Shown here one piece after another: positions 6,677 through 12,891 of a DNA stretch of 15,727 nucleotides. The notes under the pieces are model-generated. The model had not been told where the DNA came from and did no database searches. It saw only the letters and a list, made by a program, of their open reading frames with translations. Each line of letters begins with the position of its first letter. The first letter of the stretch is position 1. The translations under genes were made by a program, and so were the position numbers. Origin of the DNA: a virus; the UHGV virus genome UHGV-0344409. One strand, written 5' to 3'.

Positions 6677-7351
6677 TCATATAGAGGCTGAATCTGATCT
6701 TTTTTGTTCACGTCTGGCTTCCACCATTGCAGGCAGAGTGAAGGCGTAGACTAAAAACATTTCGGTAAAACTCAGGATCTGGCTTGCCTCAATTGGTGTG
6801 AAAACTTCATCTGTATGAACTGCTTTATTGGCATCAATTCGTACAATATGAGCCCATTCCTTCATCTGTTCAGTGATCAGGCCTTTTTTGTAAATCATCT
6901 GAATACGTTGCGACAGCGATTCTTTTCCTGCTTCATCGCCGAGCAGTTTTTTCGTGGAGATATCGAGGACTCTGCGACAAAGAATAACCACTGTGTCGTA
7001 CCGCCTCCTCTGTAAATCCTCTTTTGCCTCAACAAAAGTACGGTCTGCAACCGGGGGTGTATATTCTGGTGCGGTAATTTTTTTGACCACAGGATAGATC
7101 TTGCGGAAACGGTACTGGCTATTTCCTGAAATCAGAATATCGAGGTCTTTTTTCTGGCTTTCCGCCATGGGACCGTGATAGTGGTCTGATGGGATTTCAA
7201 CAATAGCAACACCTCCTCGATGACAACTTCTGCATACAAAAGCGACGTTAAAAAAAGGTGTTTTTTCAATTTGTTTTTCGGCAAATGCCTCAATAACAGC
7301 TCGCTCTTTTAAACAGTGCGGGCATGTGATATCAAAGGAGACTAAACCCAT
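6677..7351 (-). CDS. Zn-ribbon plus DUF4145-like domain protein (224 aa); candidate defence/abortive-infection cargo
   Basis: ORF track 6677..7423 trimmed to the ATG at 7351, with GAGGAA 5 nt upstream; N-terminal CPHC...CRSC pair; C-terminal LGDEAGKESLSQRIQMIYKKGLITEQMKEWAHIVRIDANKAVH...FLVYAF fits the DUF4145 pattern as recalled; opposite strand to flanking phage genes. Confidence 0.6.
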   Translation of the reverse strand: MGLVSFDITCPHCLKERAVIEAFAEKQIEKTPFFNVAFVCRSCHRGGVAIVEIPSDHYHGPMAESQKKDLDILISGNSQYRFRKIYPVVKKITAPEYTPPVADRTFVEAKEDLQRRRYDTVVILCRRVLDISTKKLLGDEAGKESLSQRIQMIYKKGLITEQMKEWAHIVRIDANKAVHTDEVFTPIEASQILSFTEMFLVYAFTLPAMVEARREQKRSDSASI

Positions 7352-7595
7352 GGATATTCCTCGCGAAATTAAAGAAATTAACGAAATCATTGAGGTTACT
7401 GATCGCCCCGAGTTTACCCTCATGCGTCGTTATGAAACAGGAACCGACGAACAAAAATACATCATGGTTGCAGCATTGGCTGTGATGGCGATAGAAAGGG
7501 AGCGAAGGGAAAAGGACGTAATGGTTATTCCTGAGAGAAATGATTCACCGGATTTGAGATGGCAGGAGCCGGAGTGGGATGTGGTAATCCGGTGA
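7350..7595 (+). CDS. hypothetical protein (81 aa); start overlaps the DUF4145-like gene start on the other strand
   Basis: ATG at 7350 with AGGAG 9 nt upstream (7336-7340); charged, non-repetitive sequence; lies antisense to the 5' extension of the minus ORF. Confidence 0.35.
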   Translation: MDIPREIKEINEIIEVTDRPEFTLMRRYETGTDEQKYIMVAALAVMAIERERREKDVMVIPERNDSPDLRWQEPEWDVVIR

Positions 7596-7649
7596 TTGAT
7601 ATTTCTCTGGGGTAAAGCGCCGCCAGAATGACGGCGCGGTAGTGGAGAG

Positions 7650-7958
7650 TTAAACGAAGCGGATCTGGAGTTTTTTCCCTGTAGCACGGGCGAATTTTTT
7701 CAGTGTGGCAAATGATGGGCCGCTTGTACCTGATGCAAGATTGCTTTCCATTCTGGTTATCGCAGTCGCTTTTGTTCCCATACGTTCAGCAACTTCAGCC
7801 TGGGTTAAGCCAGCTTCTTTTCGTGCTGCCAGCATTTCATCAAGTAGTGCGAATTCATCGGCGATGGCGTCGTATTCTGCTTTTACTGCGGGGTTAGACA
7901 ACATTTTTTCTACCATTTCATCGTGTGTCATGGTAGGTGGGGTACGTTTACCAGTCAT
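7650..7958 (-). CDS. HigA-like antitoxin (XRE-family HTH)
   Basis: 102 aa; strong AAGGAGG 6 nt upstream of the ATG at 7958; HTH LTQAEVAERMGTKATAITRME; start overlaps the upstream toxin gene by 11 nt. Confidence 0.75.
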   Translation of the reverse strand: MTGKRTPPTMTHDEMVEKMLSNPAVKAEYDAIADEFALLDEMLAARKEAGLTQAEVAERMGTKATAITRMESNLASGTSGPSFATLKKFARATGKKLQIRFV

Positions 7959-8277
7959 GCTTAACCTCCTTCATTCTGGTTTCAGCTTTTCTAAGCTCGG
8001 CAGGTGGAGTTTTTTGCGTTTTCTTTACAAAGCTATGCAACATAATGATTCGCTTTCCTTTTAGCGTGCAGTAAAAAACACGCCCTATGCCTTCCGAGCC
8101 CTTAAGGCGGATTTCAAACAAACCGTCGCCAAATGCCTCTGTATGCGGGGAACCAAGATTAGCTCCGTAAATACGCATTTTCTCCGTGTACCGAATGTAC
8201 CGGGCTTGTAAGGTCTCAGGAAGAGAAAGGATCTCAGCTTCAACCTCGTCACTGTAGTATTCGATAATGTAGTTCAT
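7948..8277 (-). CDS. HigB/RelE-family toxin (Gp49-like), toxin-first operon
   Basis: 109 aa from the ATG at 8277 (MNYIIEYYSDEVEAEILSLPE...RIIMLHSFVKKTQKTPPAEL), typical of HigB-like toxins; followed by the overlapping HTH antitoxin; candidate promoter TTGTCG-N17-TATATA on the minus strand (8329..8301). Confidence 0.7.
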   Translation of the reverse strand: MNYIIEYYSDEVEAEILSLPETLQARYIRYTEKMRIYGANLGSPHTEAFGDGLFEIRLKGSEGIGRVFYCTLKGKRIIMLHSFVKKTQKTPPAELRKAETRMKEVKHDW

Positions 8278-8300
8278 GAGAGTAAACATAACAAATTTGT

Positions 8301-8349
8301 TATATACATTCAAGGTATGTTGACGACAACACATATCCGGGATTATATT
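8301..8349. promoter_or_regulatory. back-to-back divergent sigma70-like promoters with overlapping -35 elements
   Basis: Plus strand: TTGACG (8320-8325), 17-18 nt spacer, TTATAT/TATATT (8343-8349). Minus strand: TTGTCG (revcomp of 8324-8329), 17 nt spacer, TATATA (8301-8306). Confidence 0.4.
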
Positions 8350-8411
8350 CTTCGCACGCCAGCAAAATCTGGCGTCGGGATTTGCACCCCGGATATTCAA
8401 CCGCGACAGAC

Positions 8412-8433
8412 ACACGCCGCGAGCGTGTTTTTT
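8412..8433 (+). terminator. intrinsic terminator-like hairpin in the leader upstream of the ORF6N gene
   Basis: ACACGC-cgcga-GCGTGT followed by TTTTT (8429-8433); about 75 nt downstream of the plus-strand promoter and 165 nt upstream of the ATG at 8598. Confidence 0.4.
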
Positions 8434-8597
8434 GTTGTCGTAAGCACACGCACATCTGAATTATGGTGGGGCGTATGGGGGAGCCGAAAGGCTCGCCGGT
8501 TGGTTGATCCGGTAGTGCAAACCCTGTACGTCTCACCACCCAAAGATTTGCACCTGACGGTGGTGATAGTTAAATTCATCAACCAGAGGGCGTTGTC

Positions 8598-9299
8598 ATG
8601 GCGACTCAAATTTCCGTTGAAACTCTTTCCCCAATTGCCTACAACCAGATCCCCGTAATTACTACAGAATTATTGGCGCAATTGTATGGCACTGAAACAG
8701 TCAATATAAAAATGAATTTTTCCCGTAACTCTGCGCGATTTGTACAGGGAAAACATTTCTTTAAGTTGGAAGGGAATGAACTACGTGAGTTTAAGCACAG
8801 ACTATCTTTAAGCGAGTCTGTTAGCCGCGAGGTAACAGAAAGTTACTCTGTGAAAATCGCCCGCAATGTTCGCTCCCTCATCCTCTGGACAGAACGCGGC
8901 GCAGCCCGTCACGCAAAAATGCTCGAAACCGATCAGGCGTGGGAAGTGTTCGAAAAACTGGAAGACTGCTATTTCAGCCAGGGAAAAACAGCACCAACCG
9001 AACAGCAGCCGCAGATTCAGCCACAATTCACAGCCGAGGAAATCATCCTCCTTTGCTACATGCAACTCTGGATGGAAAAAGCCCAGGACCTTAGCAAGCA
9101 GCTGTACCCCATAATGAAAGAGCTGAACTCCTCATACACGAACAAGCTGTATGACATTGCGTTTGAGACCATCTACATGGTGACGAAGAACAGAGACGCG
9201 CTACTAAGGGAGGTAACACGTCTCGACATGTCAAGTTCCGTTATCCAGCGGGCCATGCCAATGCTGAAAAGCCTGCGGGCAAGACAATTTGAATTCTGA
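8598..9299 (+). CDS. ORF6N-domain antirepressor-like protein
   Basis: 233 aa; AGAGGG RBS; N-terminal PVITTELLAQLYGTETVNIKMNFSRNSARFVQGKHFFKLEGNELREFK and ...WEVFEKLEDCYF fit the ORF6N (antirepressor N-terminal) pattern as recalled. Confidence 0.7.
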   Translation: MATQISVETLSPIAYNQIPVITTELLAQLYGTETVNIKMNFSRNSARFVQGKHFFKLEGNELREFKHRLSLSESVSREVTESYSVKIARNVRSLILWTERGAARHAKMLETDQAWEVFEKLEDCYFSQGKTAPTEQQPQIQPQFTAEEIILLCYMQLWMEKAQDLSKQLYPIMKELNSSYTNKLYDIAFETIYMVTKNRDALLREVTRLDMSSSVIQRAMPMLKSLRARQFEF

Positions 9300-9304
9300 A
9301 ACTA

Positions 9305-9327
9305 AAGGAGCTTCGGCTCCTTTTTTG
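9305..9327 (+). terminator. intrinsic terminator (tR2-like position, before ninB)
   Basis: AAGGAGC-ttcg-GCTCCTT followed by TTTTTTG; 6 nt after the ORF6N stop and 27 nt before the ninB start. Confidence 0.75.
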
Positions 9328-9353
9328 TTGGGAAAATCCAGTGAGAGGGAATA

Positions 9354-9764
9354 ATGAACCAGACTATCTTCCTCCGAAGTAAGCAGCAGCAACAATTCGC
9401 CATTAACGCCATCCTTGCAACAACTCTCGATAAAGACAAACCCGTTACGATCCGTATCACCGATTACAAGCGTAATCTCGCTCAAAATGCAAAATTTCAC
9501 GCGATGGTCGCTGATATATCCCGCCAGGTTAAGTGGTGCGGCAGGTGGCTAAAACCAGAACAGTGGAAAGTTTTGTTAATCAGCGGTCATGCCGTGGCGA
9601 CAAAACAGGAAGCTGATGTTTTGCCAGGTCTTGAAGGTGAATACGTCAATATCCGCGAAAGCAGTGCGCAAATGAGCGTGAAGCGTATGGCAAGCCTGAT
9701 TGAGTACACAACATCCTGGGCCGTGGATCAGGGTGTCAGATTTACCGACAGGAGGTACGAATGA
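9354..9764 (+). CDS. ninB: NinB (Orf-family recombination mediator)
   Basis: 136 aa; similar to lambda NinB as recalled ([10 protein letters not shown]...; ...[15 protein letters not shown]); GAGG RBS; followed by nin genes. Confidence 0.8.
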   Translation: MNQTIFLRSKQQQQFAINAILATTLDKDKPVTIRITDYKRNLAQNAKFHAMVADISRQVKWCGRWLKPEQWKVLLISGHAVATKQEADVLPGLEGEYVNIRESSAQMSVKRMASLIEYTTSWAVDQGVRFTDRRYE

Positions 9765-9952
9765 GACGACAGCGACGAAGCATCACCGATATCGTCTGTG
9801 AAAACTGCAATTACCTTCCAACCAAACGCTCCCGAAATAAACCCAGGCCAGTCCCCAAAGAATCTGATGTTAAAACCTTCAACTATACGGCTCACCTGTG
9901 GGATATCCGGTGGCTAAGGCGTCGAGCAAGATTTAATTGTCACTCCGGATAG
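9761..9952 (+). CDS. ninE: NinE-like small protein
   Basis: 63 aa; ATG overlaps the ninB stop (ATGA); GGAGG 5 nt upstream; [23 protein letters not shown]... matches NinE-like proteins as recalled. Confidence 0.55.
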   Translation: MRRQRRSITDIVCENCNYLPTKRSRNKPRPVPKESDVKTFNYTAHLWDIRWLRRRARFNCHSG

Positions 9953-9972
9953 CCTACTGCATGAGGAATAAG

Positions 9973-10266
9973 ATGATGACAAACCTACGCAAAGAAGCGC
10001 GCGGCAGAGAATGCCAGGTACGGATTTATGGCGTATGCAATGGCAACCCTGAAACTACAGTTCTGGCGCATTACCGAATGGCTGGAATTTGCGGAACGGG
10101 AACAAAGCCAGATGATCTGTTGGCTGCATGGGCCTGTAGTGACTGCCATAATGAAATCGATCGCCGTACTCGCATTCTCGACAACAACGACGCCAGACTT
10201 TACCACCTGGAAGGCGTGATCAGGACGCTGGCGATATTGCTGAAGGAGGGGAAGATTAAGTCATGA
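9973..10266 (+). CDS. ybcO: YbcO-like (DUF1364) putative nuclease
   Basis: 97 aa from the ATG at 9973 with GAGGA 5 nt upstream; LRKEARGRECQVRIYGVCNGNPETTVLAHYR...CSDCHNEIDRR matches prophage YbcO as recalled; stop overlaps the rusA start (ATGA). Confidence 0.7.
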   Translation: MMTNLRKEARGRECQVRIYGVCNGNPETTVLAHYRMAGICGTGTKPDDLLAAWACSDCHNEIDRRTRILDNNDARLYHLEGVIRTLAILLKEGKIKS

Positions 10267-10625
10267 ATGAATATGAGTTTGTGCTTCCCTGGCCGCCGAC
10301 GGTGAATACCTACTGGCGAAGACGGGGAAGCCAGTACTACATCAGCGATAAAGGCCAGAAATACCGAAAAGACGTACAGCAAATCATCCGGCAACTCAGA
10401 TTAGACATTTTCACTAAATCACGACTTCGCATCACAATTATTGCTGAACCACCAGATTCCCGCCGTCGCGACCTCGATAACATCCTGAAAGGTTTACTCG
10501 ACTCTCTTATCCACGCCGGATTTGCGGAAGACGACGTGCAATTCGATGACATTCGCGTAATTCGCGGCGTGAAAGTGCTTGGCGGTAGAGTGGGGATAAA
10601 AATCACCGAACTGGAGAACATATGA
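10263..10625 (+). CDS. rusA: RusA Holliday-junction resolvase
   Basis: 120 aa; motifs LPWPPTVNTYW and DSRRRDLDNILKGLLD match RusA; coupled to its flanking genes by ATGA overlaps. Confidence 0.9.
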   Translation: MNEYEFVLPWPPTVNTYWRRRGSQYYISDKGQKYRKDVQQIIRQLRLDIFTKSRLRITIIAEPPDSRRRDLDNILKGLLDSLIHAGFAEDDVQFDDIRVIRGVKVLGGRVGIKITELENI

Positions 10626-10822
10626 ACGCCACAATTCAAACAATACCGGAATTGCTTATCCAGGCACGAGGCAATATGACTGAAGTTTCACGAAAACTGA
10701 ACTGTAATCGTGCTACGGTCAGAAAATATGTCGGTGATAAAGAAGGCAAACGGCACGCCGTCGTCAACGGTGTCCTTATGGTTCATCGTGGATGGGATAA
10801 GGGGAAAGCTACTGATGCGTGA
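10622..10822 (+). CDS. ninH: NinH-like small HTH protein
   Basis: 66 aa; TIPELLIQARGNMTEVSRKLNCNRATVRKYVGDKEGKRHAVVNGVLMVHRGW closely resembles lambda NinH as recalled. Confidence 0.7.
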   Translation: MNATIQTIPELLIQARGNMTEVSRKLNCNRATVRKYVGDKEGKRHAVVNGVLMVHRGWDKGKATDA

Positions 10823-11057
10823 TATTCAGCAGGTGCCTGAACGCATGGCTTTATTCAGGTCGTCTGGAAAAGCGCATGAGCAGCGTAATAGCGGAGTTCA
10901 TGGCGAAGAGTATATGAACAGATTATTCGAATGCTATATGAGACTGAAGCACGGAGATCGCTATGACCTGACACGTGATGCTGACGGTTTCTACTGCCGT
11001 GAAGTTGTGAAACGAATGTTTGAAGTGTGGTGTCATTGTAAAGGATGGGGGCTGTGA
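10815..11057 (+). CDS. hypothetical Cys/His-containing small protein (80 aa), coupled to the downstream Q-position gene
   Basis: ATG at 10815 overlaps the ninH stop; the N-terminus MRDIQ.V.ER recalls the start of some Q-family antiterminators; C-terminus ...FYCREVVKRMFEVWCHCKGW; stop TGA overlaps the next ATG (TGATG). Confidence 0.5.
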   Translation: MRDIQQVPERMALFRSSGKAHEQRNSGVHGEEYMNRLFECYMRLKHGDRYDLTRDADGFYCREVVKRMFEVWCHCKGWGL

Positions 11058-11671
11058 TGCGGCTAACCCCAGTATTCGGCATGGTTAACTTTATTAATGA
11101 TGCTCATTTCCGCCGCATATGGAGGCATCCGAAGAAAATCATTAACTCTCGTCAGAAAGCATGGGTTCACTACATGCTACAGGTATGGGGAAATGTTAAC
11201 GCTGGTGATGATTCTCCTTGTGGTGCAATTAACGTTATTGGGCGACTGATGATTCGCAGTCAGTGGAGCGATGACAAAGCTAAGCAGATTGAGTCTGTTG
11301 TCATGCGTCTGTATGAAGAAGACGGACTACGTGGAGATGAACTCCATCAGAAAGCCCGAGAACTGGTCATCCCTCAGTCATCGGCAGGTAATATCATTGC
11401 TCTCGCCAAAGAATCCGATGATGCTGCTTTCGTTGAACGTGTGATGGTTGAGACCTTTCATCGTGAAAGCCCTGTCCGTGATGTAGCTATTAGGCGATAT
11501 TGCAATCGCGACAGCACGCAAGATATCGCCAGGATGATTTCTCAGATAACAGGAGTTGATATTCAGTATTGCCGGAGGCGGGTCGTGTGGTGCGAGAGGG
11601 TCCTTGATTCAGAAATGTTTTATGCAATGAAGCGAGAATTGGAGAAAGAACTTCTAGTGATTGCTGGATGA
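11057..11671 (+). CDS. putative late-gene regulator at the Q position (family not confirmed)
   Basis: 204 aa, translationally coupled (TGATG at 11055-11059); sits after ninH and immediately before a promoter plus intrinsic terminator; size close to lambda Q. I do not recognise the sequence, so the assignment is positional. Confidence 0.4.
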   Translation: MRLTPVFGMVNFINDAHFRRIWRHPKKIINSRQKAWVHYMLQVWGNVNAGDDSPCGAINVIGRLMIRSQWSDDKAKQIESVVMRLYEEDGLRGDELHQKARELVIPQSSAGNIIALAKESDDAAFVERVMVETFHRESPVRDVAIRRYCNRDSTQDIARMISQITGVDIQYCRRRVVWCERVLDSEMFYAMKRELEKELLVIAG

Positions 11672-11695
11672 TGCAAAATATTTTTTGTAAATGCG

Positions 11696-11724
11696 TTGCT
11701 TTCGAGAAATGAAAGTAGTATGTT
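11696..11724 (+). promoter_or_regulatory. PR'-like late promoter candidate
   Basis: TTGCTT (11696-11701), 17 nt spacer, TATGTT (11719-11724), about 25 nt after the Q-position gene stop. Confidence 0.3.
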
Positions 11725-11831
11725 TTGTGTATGCTCGGAGCAAAAGCGCACTGAGAAGCGAAAGAGAAATCCTGATTTACCTCGGTCGTCGATAATATTT
11801 AGGATCGGCATACTGGCTAGATTAGGTAAAG

Positions 11832-11858
11832 GCCTCGGCAGAAATGTCGGGGCTTTTT
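11832..11858 (+). terminator. tR'-like intrinsic terminator
   Basis: GCCTCGGCA-gaaa-TGTCGGGGC (9-bp stem with two G-U pairs, GNRA loop) followed by TTTTTGTTT. Confidence 0.55.
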
Positions 11859-11990
11859 GTTTGCACAACAGGTAAGAGCATTGAACCCGCAGACCTCGTG
11901 GAATTGGTGAAAGGTGTGCGCAGTGCTCTTATCGTTGTGGTGAAGCTCAATGGCGAGCTAGCAGACAGGCGACTGTGAAAATACTAGTCA

Positions 11991-12062
11991 TGTAGCGGAT
12001 CGCCGCGCGTATTGTAATCGGCAGCGCACCGATGGGAGCTGGTTCGATTCCGGCCGCCACAA
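11991..12062 (+). other. tRNA-like element (possible tRNA pseudogene or remnant)
   Basis: Canonical T-arm GCTGG-TTCGATT-CCGGC (12038-12054); acceptor pairing TGTAGCG (11991-11997) with CGCCACA (12055-12061), one A-C mismatch; perfect anticodon-type stem ATCGG/CCGAT (12017-12033). D-arm and 7-nt loop CAGCGCA are non-canonical and CCA is not encoded. Confidence 0.3.
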
Positions 12063-12181
12063 TCCAAACTGAGCCGTAGCCTCTGGGTGTCCTGAATTCA
12101 TCAGTGATAGTTACGCTGCGGCCTTCTACATACGATTTTTGTGAAAAGCGGGTGGCAAGAGGCTGCGAAATTTTTAAATAC

Positions 12182-12399
12182 CTCACAATTCCACAGCTTG
12201 ATGATTGTCTGGCTGCCGGAGAATTTGTTAAAAATTGCATCGCGTGGTGAATCCCCCTCAGCGGCGGGGCATCTGGCAAAGTGTATGATCCAGCGAACAT
12301 GCAAATTCAGTAGCCAGGCTGAATTTACCGGGAGGCACCTGGCACCATGCGACAGACAGAAATTAGGCTATACTTCAGCCCCTCTCCGGAGGGGCTTTT
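12182..12399 (+). repeat. structured non-coding repeat unit, copy A (candidate sRNA), ending in an intrinsic terminator
   Basis: Ordered conserved blocks shared with copy B: CTCACAATTC, GATTGTCTGG, TTTGTTAAAAA, GGTGAATCCCCCT, GCGGnGGGGCAT, CACCGGGAGGCACC, CACCATGC. Hairpin AAATTCAG-tagccagg-CTGAATTT (12303-12326); terminator GCCCCTC-tccg-GAGGGGC-TTTT (12378-12399). Confidence 0.6.
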
Positions 12400-12589
12400 C
12401 TGTGCAGGATGTGTCACAGTTTCCTGAATTCTGAGTACTGTCCTGTTACTCAGGGTGCTATATTTTCTGACGTGATGAAAGTCTGCCGGAAGGCGGAACG
12501 TATCGGAAATGACCCAGTAGAGAAAACGTTGACTCAGATACCGATGCTGAGTTACCGGGAAACCGGCATCACATGACCGCTATCCTTCC

Positions 12590-12613
12590 AGGCTCGCTCC
12601 GGCGGGCCTTTTT
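12590..12613 (+). terminator. intrinsic terminator between the two repeat copies
   Basis: AGGCTCGC-tccg-GCGGGCCT followed by TTTT; same TCCG loop as the copy A and B terminators. Confidence 0.5.
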
Positions 12614-12650
12614 ACTGCAGAAAACAGTTTTCCCGTAAAATGCCACGTTA

Positions 12651-12882
12651 CTCACAATTCAGGCTGGCGATTATTGTCTGGCCAGCGGGAAGTTTGTTAA
12701 AAAAATATGGCATGGTGAATCCCCCTGTGCGGAGGGGCATATCAGCGACAGGTGTTTGGTCACACCCCTTATCCTTTCTGGTGCGGGTTCAGGTGCTGAT
12801 ACTGAACTCACCGGGAGGCACCCTGCACCATGCATGAACGGTACATAGCGCTACTCTCCAGCCCCTCTCCGGAGGGGCTTTC
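12651..12882 (+). repeat. structured non-coding repeat unit, copy B (candidate sRNA), ending in an intrinsic terminator
   Basis: Same block order as copy A; hairpin GGTTCAG-gtgctgata-CTGAACT (12786-12808) carries a compensatory A-T to G-C change relative to copy A; terminator GCCCCTC-tccg-GAGGGGC-TTTC (12861-12882). Confidence 0.6.
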
Positions 12883-12891
12883 TTGTTGGAT

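Noticed and set aside
6677-7423. Full-length 248-aa version of the minus ORF starting at 7423
   Set aside because: The first 24 codons (MRVNSGRSVTSMISLISLISRGIS) are low-complexity and antisense to a plus ORF; the internal ATG at 7351 has a GAGGAA RBS.
8300-8658. ORFs 8300..8539(-), 8317..8658(+) and 8397..8609(-) in the leader upstream of the ORF6N gene
   Set aside because: No RBS; they overlap promoter, hairpin and terminator elements; the region reads better as a structured non-coding leader.
8808-9114. ORFs 8808..9065(-) and 8866..9114(+) inside the ORF6N gene
   Set aside because: Antisense or alternative frames within a domain-bearing gene.
9985-10639. ORFs 9985..10206(-), 10028..10219(+), 10200..10394(-) and 10337..10639(-) in the nin region
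   Set aside because: They overlap ybcO-like and rusA, which have clear family motifs and translational coupling.
11936-12062. Calling a bona fide functional tRNA gene (with isotype) here
   Set aside because: T-arm and acceptor stem are convincing, but the D-arm cannot be folded canonically, the anticodon loop lacks U33 and a purine at position 37, and the upstream acceptor-like strand implies an interruption. Reported as tRNA-like only.
12141-12837. ORFs 12141..12434 (97 aa) and 12640..12837 (65 aa) spanning the repeat units
   Set aside because: They start at GTG or TTG without an RBS, and the conserved nucleotide blocks between copies are separated by spacers that shift the frame, so the similarity is not at protein level.
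12182-12882. CRISPR array as an explanation for the repeats
   Set aside because: Only two long (~220 bp), imperfect copies separated by ~250 bp; no short regularly spaced direct repeats with unique spacers.
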